This document shows positions 1-11,062 of a DNA stretch of 64,000 nucleotides, piece after piece (position 1 is the first letter of the stretch; each line of letters opens with the position of its first letter). This DNA comes from Nemertoderma westbladi (lineage: Eukaryota; Animalia; Xenacoelomorpha): contig JAUCBJ010008936.1 in NCBI GenBank assembly GCA_032718475.1, positions 1 to 64,000 on the forward strand. The letters are read 5' to 3'. The translations under genes were made by a program, and so were the position numbers. Under the pieces are notes generated by a model that saw nothing but the letters and a program-made list of their open reading frames with translations, had not been told where the DNA came from and did no database searches.

Positions 1-1092
1 CCAAGCAGGGCAGTCGGCACTATGTATGACGCCTGTCTGGTTTGCAAGAGGGTGAACGCCAGAGTATTGGAACAGGAGATGGCTGAACTCCCGGAAGCGA
101 GAGTGCAGGCATATGACCCACCCTTTACGAACACAGGGGTGGATTGTTTTGGTCCGATTGAGGCAAAGAGTGGACGGCTGACCCACAAGCGATGGGGCCT
201 GCTGCTGACATGTATGGCTAGTAGAGCCATACACATTGAGCGTGTGGCAGACATGTCGACCAAATCTCTGCTCCTGGCCTTGAAGAGATTTATGGCCAGG
301 AGAGGACTAGTAAAGGCGTTCTACTCCGATAAGGGTACAAACTTTGTCGGAGGGAATAGCGAGTTGAACGCGGCTCATAAAGTGGCACAGAATAAAGAAA
401 TTTCTGCAGCACTTTTGCCGCAACGAGTAGAATGGAGATTCAATACTCCAGAGAGTCCTTGGAGAGGAGGAAGTTGGGAGCGTTTAGTTCGCTCTATAAA
501 GCAGGCCATTGCCAAGACATTGCCTGTAAACAAACAACTTACCGATGACGAACTGGTTACAGCTTTCATTGAAATCGAGCATACACTAAACTCGAGGCCG
601 ATAGCTATGTTGCCAGACGGTGTTGCATTAACGCCGAATCATTTGCTAATGCAGAGTCCAGCATTTCTTGTGCCGGCATCAGAACCCGTTAGTGCCGACC
701 TATATAGTCGTAAAAGCTGGAAGGTGACTCAATTTGTGGCGTACACATTCTGGGAATATTGGCGGGAATACTATCTTCCCACCATATCCACCAGAACAAA
801 GTGGTACAAAACGGTTCGGAGTCTCCAAAGGGGAGATTACGTATTGATAACCGAGCCGATTGTCAAGAGAAAGTATTGGGAGACAGGAGTGATCTTGCAC
901 ACACACCCAGACGTGCAAAACATAGTGCGCACAGTCACTGTGAAAATTAGGTGCAAGTGTCCGCACCCAAAAAAGTGTAAAACTAATGGTTTACACACCT
1001 TGGACCGACCGGTCCAAGATATTGTGTTATTAGAGGAGACACGTATCGAGACGGGAGATTATAATTTGTCTCCTGCCTCAAAACAGAATTAG
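1..1092 (+). CDS. pol: BEL/Pao Pol C-terminus: integrase core and C-terminal domain (5'-partial)
   Basis: CLVC zinc motif, GVDCFGP, YSDKGTNFVG, PWRGGSWERLV, LNSRPI, LTPNHLL, FWEYWREYYL, RTVTV...RP: the BEL/Pao integrase signature. Confidence 0.95.
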   Translation, partial: PSRAVGTMYDACLVCKRVNARVLEQEMAELPEARVQAYDPPFTNTGVDCFGPIEAKSGRLTHKRWGLLLTCMASRAIHIERVADMSTKSLLLALKRFMARRGLVKAFYSDKGTNFVGGNSELNAAHKVAQNKEISAALLPQRVEWRFNTPESPWRGGSWERLVRSIKQAIAKTLPVNKQLTDDELVTAFIEIEHTLNSRPIAMLPDGVALTPNHLLMQSPAFLVPASEPVSADLYSRKSWKVTQFVAYTFWEYWREYYLPTISTRTKWYKTVRSLQRGDYVLITEPIVKRKYWETGVILHTHPDVQNIVRTVTVKIRCKCPHPKKCKTNGLHTLDRPVQDIVLLEETRIETGDYNLSPASKQN

Positions 1093-1484
1093 TGTTGGAC
1101 GCAACTCACTTCGTATGCATTCCTCGTATGCAAATACAAGGAAATGCATAGGAGCGGGGTTGTGGTGATTTGCGTTGAGTTTTGTCTGGTGGGTATCAAA
1201 ACAAAATTTTATTTTCAAAATTTTGGAAAAATTAAAATTTTAAAAATTAGAAGTGAACCCAAGACAATTCCAGACGCTGTGTATAGACGCGTTTTAGAAT
1301 TCGTCTATAGATAAACAGTAATTTGAAAAGTCGTGAAGCCTGGAAAATAGCATTTAGAAACCATGGTGACGGCTATATTACGTAGGAGTGTAAATTGAGT
1401 TTAGCAACTTCCACAGATTGGTGCCAACAGTGCAACTAAGGTGCTAAAGGTTAGTAGCACCAGAGGCGTACATGGACCCCACTC

Positions 1485-1573
1485 AGTAGTTTGCAGGATG
1501 TGTGATGTTCGATTATCAAACCTGTGGGTTTGGTATAGTCGAGTATTGTGGCTATGGTCCTTTCTAACTACTG
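1485..1573 (+). other. Long rod-like RNA hairpin in the pol-ORF3 spacer of element A
   Basis: Nested complementarity cagtagtt/aactactg, agga/tcct, tgatgttcgattat/atagtcgagtattg (many G-U pairs, so + strand only) and caaacc-TGTG-ggtttg at the tip. Confidence 0.6.
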
Positions 1574-1860
1574 TAGTTTAGTACGAGTAATGGGAGTAGT
1601 TTGGGCATCAAAAAGTGAGTTGGTCACGGCCAGTTTATCTCCAAAGTTTTTGCGCTATGCATGGGAATAGGTTAGAGGATAGTTAGTTAGGAAGAGACGG
1701 GATCTAGAGAGTCGAACCTGAACTGCTGGAAGGCGGGGGGGGGGGGGGGGGGGTTCGAGAGGTCTGTCCTTCGGCGACATCTAACTGATTTACCCACAGT
1801 GTAATTGGTTACGTAACGGCACTTATTGGGATATATATATATGTATATACGCGAGGCATA

Positions 1861-4800
1861 ATGGAGAGGGATATTAGAGCGCAACCGCGCAGAGGATTTA
1901 CTGCCAGAGAGGAGGCGGAGCTACCGTTCGCGCGACCGGGATGTAAAGATTCGAACGTTTACTACCATGGGCGGTCCGTGATGGAGCTAAACGGGAAATA
2001 CAAGCCGACTTATGATAAGGAATTACGGAGGGAAAGAATGAGAGCGTTGGGGGACCGGATGGAAGTTTTGCGGAGAGAGTATCGCACGCGGTATCCCTAC
2101 GACTTCGCTTTGGACGTGTGTGACATTAGCGCAGACCCGGACGAGGAAATCGCACGACTATACCATATGAATATGTATTTACGACACGAGGAGCCTCTAC
2201 CTGCAGTCCGAGACCAGTTCGACGGAATGCATCTGTACCGGAGGACTCGAGGTGAGGATCAGGAGACGCCGAAAGTCTTCAGCGTGTACAAGCTCTTCTA
2301 CAAGTGTGGTGAATGCATGAATAAACAAGACGTGGCGATTCCCGACCGATTAGACGAGCAACATCCGGAACCGATATTAACGCGATGTCCAGCTCACCAG
2401 TTCCTTAGATATAACGAGGGAGGTTACCCGATGAGCAACCCGATGATCAGTATCGACTTCAGCGGAAAGCGACCTCCGAGACCCATTACGCCGACCGTTA
2501 CGACATTAGATCCGTATACGGAGATTAAACCCTGTTCGACACCCAGTTTGATAGAGACGGCAGCGGCCATTTCGCTGTACCGAGCCTACAAGGATCTAGA
2601 GGCGCGGCGCGAAGCGGCGCGGGACTCGGGTACCAAACCCGCGGGTTTGGAGCTCTCGAGTCCCTGGACTGCGTTTACTTCACCTCACCGAGCGAGAAGC
2701 CTCACGCCTGAGCATCAGGACGACATAGACGCGTTGCGGCAGGAGGAGCGAGCGGCGAAGGCGAAAGAGTTATTTGAGAACAGGATAGCGGAGTATAATA
2801 AGACCGCGGATAGACATCAAGAGGAGACGAGGAGAGTGACCGGATTTGTTCCACAGGTCGTATCTCAACCCGGACCGGTGTATTATTCCGACGGCACCGA
2901 ACCTGCGATATTAGTAGATCATCCGGAGTCGCGAGAAGCGATACGATTCTTGCCGATGGTAAGAATGGCGGACCATTGGAACGTTGACTGTCTACGGGAA
3001 GTTTTATGCGCGAAGTTCTTGCGTGATGTCCCAATGCAGATCACAGATTACGACACGTTGGATAAGATTGGAGCTCCGGGGAAGGAGAGTAAGCTATTCG
3101 GATGGTTGGATAAGTACATCAAGGTATGGGTCGCGGTGGCTACATTCCCAGACGACGAGGAGGTAGACCAGACGTGGCTGAGGAGGAAGGGTTCTTATAC
3201 CCGATATGATGACCACAAGGCGATCGAGCGCATGTGGACCCCATCAGACGAGATTCAGCGTCAGTGGAGGAAAACGGAGGAATCACTGCAGGATTGGAGG
3301 GTGATGTTCTACGACAATGAAGGAGGGTCCCATCAGGAATGTTTGACCAGCAAGTGTATTCAAATTCGTGCGGCCGATGGTGTGACTCATGTGTTTATGC
3401 GTGTGAGGGCGGATCGAGAGAGACCGGAGCCCATCATAACGACACAATATCGGAAAGGGAAGGATCCTAGGGAACAGATTTTGGAGGTATGCAGGCGAGG
3501 AGGTATGCACGGAGCGGAGCGTATCGACGCCAGGATGCTACCCAAGAAAGTTAGAGAGGCTATTCTCAACCAAGATTACGTCAAGGTGGGATCGGGAGTC
3601 CAGAGCGATTTGGAGAGCGACTTCAACGCCATGACTGATCTGGAAGATAGATTGCCGAGACCGTTTGTCGACACCAAGCTATTGTTGCTATGGGCTCAGG
3701 ATATTGGAATTTATAGGGAGTATCCCAACTCTGCCAAGACTGGTATGGGCTTTATAGCACACTTGTTGTATAATTGGGACTTTAAGTTAAAGACGCAGAA
3801 GAAGTACGAGGAGGCGTATGGCGAATACAACACGCCACCGGGAGCGGAGTTCAAATCCCACTTCAAGCGGCAAGCGTTAGTGTATTGGAACATTTGCGCG
3901 CCACCCCGTGCGTCGCTACAATATTATTTGGTGCTTGAGTCGAACACGGTGACTTGTTTATTAGCGGATATCGTTGCGCGAGTTTTGAAGCGTCATCCAT
4001 TGGTATTCGGCGGAGATCAATACGTTCGCTCGAAAGGGGGAATCCAATCCGACGTGATGAAGCATTTCTTAACCCCGTTCTTCAACCAATCGTTAGAGAA
4101 TACGTCGATGGTGAGGAGAGGATTAGCGATATTCGAAGGAGTGTATCGACAGAACATCGGAGATTTGGGAGACCGACCGTCGATGGAATATCCGACGCCA
4201 GAAGCTTTGGAGAAGTGGTTCGGGAATCAAACCCGTGGGTTTGGTACTCCCTTCCACTCGGAGGCTCATAGACCTGTTAAGGAGGGCTGGCCGGAGACGT
4301 TAGTAGAGGTGTTCGGAGTAGATCTTCCGGTGGAGAAGACATATCCGAAACGAACGCGGGAGGAAATATTGGAGATAGAGGACAAGGGCGAGGATGTTTA
4401 CTTTGTTCCGGATCGACAACCGCTGACCGGAGAGGACGACATCGTATTAGACATTGGGAAGGAAGGAAGTGCGAAACCGATTGGAGACCTCATATACGAG
4501 AGGGCCTGGTTTCCACAAGCGCGTAGGTGCAAATTGTGCGGCAGCACAAGGCACAATCTAAAGTCGTGCGACGCGGTAGTAGAGGCGGCGCATAAGGTCT
4601 GTCGTTGGTGTAATGAGACCGACCATTCGTTTCACACGTGCACCGTCTTCATTTCTCAATGTGGATATTGTGGGGTAAAGGGACATCGTAGCGCGAGATG
4701 TCAGCTGCGAGATGATTCCTTTCAAAACCATAGCGCTAACCTACTTCGGGAGATGTTAGATAAGTGGGAGAGTGTGGCTGATTACCATATTCAAGCGCAG

Positions 4801-5568
4801 ATGCGTTGGTTACCATTTAAAGCGGGATATGGGTTTTGGGCGGTAGACCCATCGCATGTTGCGTACGAGCCATATCTACAATCGCTACCACAATATCAGG
4901 AACTCATCCTAACTGCTCAAGACCTTCCACAGAACACTGGAGTTATCGTAGTCCGAGAATACTTCAGACAATTGAATATGGATAACAAGTACACCTGGAA
5001 CTTCGTTGCTATTTGCGATCGCATCACAAAGGGTGTATTTACGGAGACTAGAAAAGTGGTACGCGCGCGAGGTGATTGGAGGATGGCGGCTATTCAATAC
5101 CGCAACGAATTCTTGTTGACTCATGTGCCAGTGGGTTCATTGACCGCTGAGAGGATACAGGAACAAAGGATCGCAGCGACCACAGCGACGACCGCTGGAG
5201 CTCAAGGCTCGCGGAAAGAACCAGGAGGAGAGGTCCAAGACAAGCGTCAAGTCAAGGACGATCACTATCATTCTATTATAGAAGCACAAAGATTGCAGCG
5301 CAAGGCGCAGGGAGCGTCTGAAAAAGCGCGTGTGCAACTGCAGAAGGAAGAGTTGGTGGAAGCGACCACGGGAGCGCGACAATTGGGACGAGGCCGAGGA
5401 AGAAGCACAAGCCGGGAGTCTGTCGGGGCTCAGGGAACGTCGTCGCCGGTTCCGGGGAGTGACGCCTCACGGACGCCGTCAACGGAGTCGACTGGAGGAC
5501 GATTGGTGTATCTGGGAAGAGGGCGAAAGAGAGGAGCGAGCCCAAAGAACCCAGGAGCGGGTCGATAA
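1861..5568 (+). CDS. ORF3 of element A: DEDDy-like 3'-5' exonuclease domain, three CCHC zinc knuckles and an RG-rich tail (1235 aa)
   Basis: Exo I VMFYDNEG (~3301-3324), LPKKVREAILNQDYVKVGSGVQSD (Exo II), FVDT, Exo III-like YLVLE. Knuckles CKLCGSTRHNLKSC, CRWCNETDHSFHTC, CGYCGVKGHRSARC (~4528-4700). Motif-for-motif homology with 24249-26831. Confidence 0.8.
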   Translation: MERDIRAQPRRGFTAREEAELPFARPGCKDSNVYYHGRSVMELNGKYKPTYDKELRRERMRALGDRMEVLRREYRTRYPYDFALDVCDISADPDEEIARLYHMNMYLRHEEPLPAVRDQFDGMHLYRRTRGEDQETPKVFSVYKLFYKCGECMNKQDVAIPDRLDEQHPEPILTRCPAHQFLRYNEGGYPMSNPMISIDFSGKRPPRPITPTVTTLDPYTEIKPCSTPSLIETAAAISLYRAYKDLEARREAARDSGTKPAGLELSSPWTAFTSPHRARSLTPEHQDDIDALRQEERAAKAKELFENRIAEYNKTADRHQEETRRVTGFVPQVVSQPGPVYYSDGTEPAILVDHPESREAIRFLPMVRMADHWNVDCLREVLCAKFLRDVPMQITDYDTLDKIGAPGKESKLFGWLDKYIKVWVAVATFPDDEEVDQTWLRRKGSYTRYDDHKAIERMWTPSDEIQRQWRKTEESLQDWRVMFYDNEGGSHQECLTSKCIQIRAADGVTHVFMRVRADRERPEPIITTQYRKGKDPREQILEVCRRGGMHGAERIDARMLPKKVREAILNQDYVKVGSGVQSDLESDFNAMTDLEDRLPRPFVDTKLLLLWAQDIGIYREYPNSAKTGMGFIAHLLYNWDFKLKTQKKYEEAYGEYNTPPGAEFKSHFKRQALVYWNICAPPRASLQYYLVLESNTVTCLLADIVARVLKRHPLVFGGDQYVRSKGGIQSDVMKHFLTPFFNQSLENTSMVRRGLAIFEGVYRQNIGDLGDRPSMEYPTPEALEKWFGNQTRGFGTPFHSEAHRPVKEGWPETLVEVFGVDLPVEKTYPKRTREEILEIEDKGEDVYFVPDRQPLTGEDDIVLDIGKEGSAKPIGDLIYERAWFPQARRCKLCGSTRHNLKSCDAVVEAAHKVCRWCNETDHSFHTCTVFISQCGYCGVKGHRSARCQLRDDSFQNHSANLLREMLDKWESVADYHIQAQMRWLPFKAGYGFWAVDPSHVAYEPYLQSLPQYQELILTAQDLPQNTGVIVVREYFRQLNMDNKYTWNFVAICDRITKGVFTETRKVVRARGDWRMAAIQYRNEFLLTHVPVGSLTAERIQEQRIAATTATTAGAQGSRKEPGGEVQDKRQVKDDHYHSIIEAQRLQRKAQGASEKARVQLQKEELVEATTGARQLGRGRGRSTSRESVGAQGTSSPVPGSDASRTPSTESTGGRLVYLGRGRKRGASPKNPGAGR

Positions 5569-6067
5569 TACATTATAGCACAGGGCGACAGACTCTAGAT
5601 ATATACATCATCGTCGCTCTGATGTATATTGTAGCATTTGGAAATCTTCGACTAGACTCATATACACTAGTTGAGTTATTTTGAATTTATATTATGAGAG
5701 AGGCGAAGGAAGTGATTGGGGAGACAAACCTGCGGGTTTGGCTTACTCCTTTCACTTGCCCTAGCAAAATTTTTTATATATTTGATTTTGTATGTAGTAA
5801 TCATTATGTAGTAAGAACGAACGAGAAACAATATTTTGTAAATTTAATTTGTATGTAATAATCGTTAAACAATGAGAGAGATAATATTTTGTAAATTTAA
5901 TTTGTATGTAATTCATTATGCAATATCTATAGCAATATTTTGTAAATAGTAGGACTTATAGTATCAAGTATTTAGATTAGTTGGAAGAAATTTATTTTGT
6001 TTTGTATACATCACCTTATACTCTTCTACAATTGGAGGGAAACATTATATGATTTCCCTTGGAGCGG

Positions 6068-7951
6068 TGTTACGGTATATGGCGCTGTATCCACATTATT
6101 AGTCATTATGCAGCATGCAATATTAGTCCGTTATACTGTACGTAATATTAGTCCGTTGTGCAGCATAATATTTTAGATAAGGCATAATTACGCAATGATA
6201 TTTAGATAGGGAAATCGAAACACCCATATATTTGAATCCATCCATTTTGTATAATATGTAGCCCTACCTACGTAATTTTGTATTAGGATATATGTAGATA
6301 GTTCCAGGGTAGCAAGTTTATTCGGACCCTGGATTTTGTGCTTGCTGATATTAGCATCAATAGGGCTAGCATATAGGGACGCTGTCCTGGCCATTCAGCA
6401 GCCAGGGACGTGAACCATTACCATATATGGTAATAATTTGAGGTTTGGGCAAGCAATAAGGCTACAATCCGGCCTCCTTATTGGACTAACTGCTTCCAGG
6501 TTGGTCTAATACTAGCACGGACTGGAGAGCCAATAGGAGAGCGATTGAGTCACCCTATTGCATCACCCCATCCGGATCACCTATAAATTGGCGGTGTGCC
6601 AGTAGAGCCTTACCTGTTATTCCTCACATGATCTGCTATCACCTTTGTACTTGCTGAGCTGTCCCTATCATTTTTGACGGATATTTTAGCGTATTTTCTG
6701 CAATTTGCTAATTTTGATTAGTTTCTTGAAATGATTTGCTAGTGCGATTACTCTTGATTGTGTTTCTCAATTAATTCCTTCGATTACTGCTAATTACAAC
6801 TGAACTATGATTTCTACCTTTTGATTAATGGTTCTATGTGATTCTTTTCTGCGCAATAATCCTAAGGGATTTCTGAGACTGTCAGACTTTGTGATTTGCA
6901 TGCGCCGCTACGGTAGCTATTAGCATAATGGAGGGCTAAGGCGCCAGTGGGCGGTGGGCACATCGGGGGGTTGAGCGACGAAGGGAGAGCGGAGGATTCA
7001 AAAGCGGGCAACGCTGGCGGGGGGTCACCGTTGCGGTCGGGTAGTTAACGCTGTGGTATGCAGACCAATCGCTGGTACAGTAATTAGGGGGCTGATGATC
7101 CAGGTTTCGTCTCTATTTAGTATTAGGGGGGCAGGAATCAGGTTAGTTAGGAGTCCTATATGTACCCGGGAGAGGCCTGCACGTATCACAACGTTGAGTG
7201 TGGAGTACGAGTAGTGAATCGCATAATTGTGGGCTATACAGTAGTTAACTGCATAATTGCGAACTGTGATTGCTGACGCTGATTGGTGTGTTACTGAAGT
7301 GTGCCTATGATTGTGAATGTTTAGGTAGGCGCTCTTTTCTCTTTGATTGATTTCTATTTCTTAGTTACAACAATTAGTTACTAATTAGGTCAAAGTAATA
7401 CGGCAATTTAGGCTATTACTAGCGAAACCTGTTGCGTGATAAATTAGAATTACGTATTCTGGAACTCTTAGTAATTAGTACGCTGTTAAATATTTGTGAC
7501 TGTAATTGATTAGTAAAAATTAAGAATTAGTACGCAGCATAGCGGAGAGTAGCTAAGGTAATAATTAGAGTACTGTAAACTATTCACGCTGAGCGGTTAT
7601 TTGCATTAGCGGGCAATCAGCTAGAACGCACTATTCGGCACACACGAAACGCTAGTAATTTGCTGGCCTAAAGCCAGCTGCAGGCAAGTTTAGACCCAGA
7701 GCGGTACTATCCACGAGAGACAAATACTGTGCCATTTTGATATTTAAATATTCTCGCATTCACACATACGTTAGAGAACCCCCAGTATTCGCGATTAGAA
7801 AAGACGTAGGCAATAGCGTGCTTTAATAGTGATAAATTTAGGCGTAGGAATACTCTGAGTGCAAAGCCTCTCGCACTCGTCTTAAGTAAGCTTAGGGAGC
7901 CGACTCGGGTTTATTGTTTGGTTATTCCCGCGTGGCTCATAGATTCGAACA
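6068..7951 (+). repeat. Putative 3' LTR of element A (~1.9 kb)
   Basis: TGTT...AACA ends, purine-rich ggagcgg just upstream, ccaat (~6530) and tataaa (~6583) inside, abrupt junction with the LINE at 7951/7952. The partner LTR is not in the window. Confidence 0.6.
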
Positions 7952-9070
7952 GATTTAGCCTACTAAGATGTACCTCCAGCTGTAGAAAAACAGAACGTTC
8001 TAGAATTTTAGATACAATACTTAAGATACTAACAGGTCTGTAATTACAGGGTTCTACTTTACTATTCTTTTTATACAGAGGAACAACCTTAGCTAATTTC
8101 AGTTCGTCTGGTACTACATTTTCTACGATAGAGTAATTAATACTAAAAGTAATGGGCACTTTAAGTACTTCAGCACCATCCTTAAGAAAACGGGCAGGTA
8201 TTAGGTCTAGACCGGTACTTTTTGAGGCTGATAGGCGAAGTAGATTTTGAAAAACGAAATCCTCAGAAACGGGTTTTAAAAATAACTTTTCTGAATTTTG
8301 TAACTTTTCTAAATAAAAATTATTTAGAGTTTCGGACCCTATACTATATTTATTACTTGATAACGGTAACTTCTTAACTAAATTAGAGGCAACATTAGTA
8401 AAATAATTATTAAATAAATTACTAACTAGAGTATGATCATGAATCAGCTCACCGTTATCTTGCAGAACAATATTCGATTTAGATTTAAGTTTTTTATAAC
8501 CTAAAGATTTTAGGGTAGACCATAGACTTTTAGGATTATCTTTATTCTCACTTATTTTGTTGTACAAATATTCAGATTTCGCTTTTTTTATTTCCCGTTG
8601 GACAAGGTTTCTATATTTGCAGTAATTATTATAATCAGCTAAAACACGGTATTTCCTAAATTTATACAAATAGTTATCTCTTTCTCTGAATATTACTAAG
8701 AATACCCGAGATCATCCAGGGCTCAGTGCGTTGTTTAAGACTAATTTCTTTAATTGGTGCTACAGTATTAAGTGCCTTTAGAAATATATCTTTAAAAACA
8801 GTGTACGCAAGGTTAATGCCAGCGGCCTTAAAACAGGGTTCCCAGTCAGAATTAACTAACAAACTTAAAAAGCGTTCCTTGCTGTAATTTTTCATAGACC
8901 TAACTGTTACTGTTTTATGATCCCCGAAAAAAGATTTTAGCTTAGACCTATTGGTAAAACCCCAGATTGAGAAATAATATCGGTATTATTACAAAGGATG
9001 TGATCTAGTAAAGTAGAAGTTTTACTGGTAATTCTGGTAGAATCTCGAATAATTTGTTTTCAACCAAACA
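7952..9070 (-). pseudogene. Degraded LINE (L2/CR1-group) ORF2: endonuclease end, linker and RT N-terminus, interrupted by element A
   Basis: STRITSKTSTLLDHIL, KSTGLDLIPARFLKD, AKVVPLYKK, NYRPVSILSIVSKILE; frameshifts between the ORF pieces. Confidence 0.85.
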
Positions 9071-10030
9071 AATTTAAAATACTTTGGTACTGTTTACAGA
9101 TGGGGGATGCTTTGTGATGGTAACAGATATTAAAATTAATAAGAAATAAGAATTATTAATAAGAAATACAAATATTGAATTATGTGAACTAAGTAATTGG
9201 TGCGCTGTAAATAAACTATCCCTCAACCTGAGTAAAACTGTATATAGTTTATCGACCTCTAATCCTAGAATCATTGAAGCAGCACCAAAGGTCAAAATTA
9301 GGAAGGAATACAATTATCGAAAAACAGGACGTTGTTAAATATTTGGGTATATATATTGATAAATTATTAAGTTGGACAGCTCATGCGATCACATATTTTC
9401 TTACCTCTGCAAGTTAACAGGATTATTCTTTAAAATTCGTCATATCCTGCCATTATTTGTATTAAAAACGATCTACTTTAGTCTAATACATAGTAAATTA
9501 AATTATGGTATAGAACTATGGGGTTGTACTTATAATAAATATATCTCTAAATATAATAATAATAAATATAATAATAAATATCTCTAAAATCAGAACTCAA
9601 GTAAATAAGATAGTGGAATAACTTTTAGTGACTGGAAAGCCCACTCCTTTCCAATATATAAGAACTTAACTGTCTTAACTGTGAATCTAATGTATAAATA
9701 TAATGTAGGTAAACTAATGGATAATGCTAGCTCTAACAATCTACTGTATAAATATAATGTAGGTAAACTATGTATGATGCTAGCTCTAACAATCTTCCTG
9801 TAGGTATATCTAGTCTATTTAGACTCTCCAATACAGTACATAGATACAGTACTCGTTCAACTAACTACAAGTAACAAATATTTTATTCCTAGATTCAATA
9901 CAGCTAGGGGCCAATTTTCGATACAATACCAGGGCCCTGTAATTTGGAATGAAATTCCAAACGATATATGCATCTTTCCTAAGAAATATCAATTCAACCG
10001 AGCTTTGAAATCTTGGCTACTATCAGAACA
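9071..10030 (+). pseudogene. Degraded LINE (L2/Crack-like) RT C-terminal half
   Basis: Degenerate LFxD near 9087-9105, KYLGIYID, IYFSLIHSKLNYGIELWG, YQGPVIWNEIP; many stops and frameshifts. Confidence 0.8.
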
Positions 10031-10329
10031 TTACATGATTAACATATAAAATTTCCCTTCTATCATTCTATTCTCTTAATCACTGCTATGGACATCACTC
10101 TCAACATTTTTCTATATTTATTATCGGTACTAATAACTAATCTACTGTAATAACTAAATAAACAGGTGTTTTGTTTCATCACTAGCTTATAACCCCTAAT
10201 CGTCACTCACTGCTCCTGTAGAGCTGTAGTTGTGTTTGCATGATCGATTATAACAGTAAGCTATAGATAGATTATAGACCCTATATATATAAACAAATCA
10301 ACTATATATTATTATTACGGTATCACAAT

Positions 10330-11062
10330 CACCATGGCATATTGTGTGATTATATTCACAACTGATCCGGATCATCATATTAATGTCGAATATACTGGGG
10401 TTGTTTGCACTACGTGGCTGCAGCCAGGTCATAAAACTGTGGCTTACCCTGATTCAACCAGTGAAGTAATAGGAGTTTTTAATGATCTGATGTCTAAGCC
10501 GTTTTCAGATTTGAAATCCCCATTATTTTAAATTCTACTCTAGATGCAATAAAATACAAATTTCTTAAATTTTTAGCGAGGGTGGTTACCCCCTCCCCCC
10601 ACCCACCCCCCCCCCCCCCTTAATATACAACAAATAAGTGAATTCATTTTTTAAACAAAAAATATGCTTCAATCAGTCAAATGTACTATACATATTTGCA
10701 CATAAAATATAAAGCACTCTATCTATTATATTTAGATGAGTTACCCAAGGACAGAAATATAATTGACCTTTGTTTTAGCTAATTTTATTAACTCCGTAAA
10801 TTTCGTATGTAATGGCTCATGTAAGTCTTCCATGAGCTCCTTAATCCTCAACGATAATTCCGTTATTGCTTCGTTACATACTGTAACCACAGTAACCACT
10901 TTCTGACCAACTCGAGATACTGTTTCAACATTATTTGGGTCCATGGGAAAGCCGTAATCATCTCAGAATTTCCAACTATTAGTAGGTTTATCTTTCAGAT
11001 CAGTTGTATGAAAAATATTTTCAAGTTTATCGTAAAAATCATTGATGATGAAAGGGTTTTTT
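10330..11062 (-). mobile_element. Partial copy of a pogo/Tigger-like DNA transposon relic (inverted duplicate of 47266-47620 plus 48940-49310)
   Basis: Near-identical ORF translations at both loci (MAYCVIIFTTDP..., MDPNNVETVSRVGQKVV...), including the same poly-C tract. Confidence 0.7.

Larger units (their letters stand above)
1..7951 (+). mobile_element. BEL/Pao LTR retrotransposon A (3' part: integrase, extra ORF3, 3' LTR); 5' part lies outside the window
   Basis: BEL-type integrase, then a 1235-aa ORF, then ggagcgg|TGTTAC at 6061-6073. Ends TTCGAACA at 7951, exactly where a minus-strand LINE reading frame is interrupted. Confidence 0.8.

Noticed and set aside
1381-1420. Resemblance of cgtaggagtgtaaattgagtttagc in element A to motif X of element B
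   Set aside because: The match is short and gapped and the local pairing looks different; it cannot be distinguished from chance by eye.
1861-5568. ORF3 as an envelope gene or a second gag
   Set aside because: No signal peptide or transmembrane anchor; the knuckles differ from the BEL gag pattern and follow exonuclease motifs.
7090-7115. CTGATGA in the LTR of element A as a hammerhead core
   Set aside because: No stem II followed by GAAA on the same strand.
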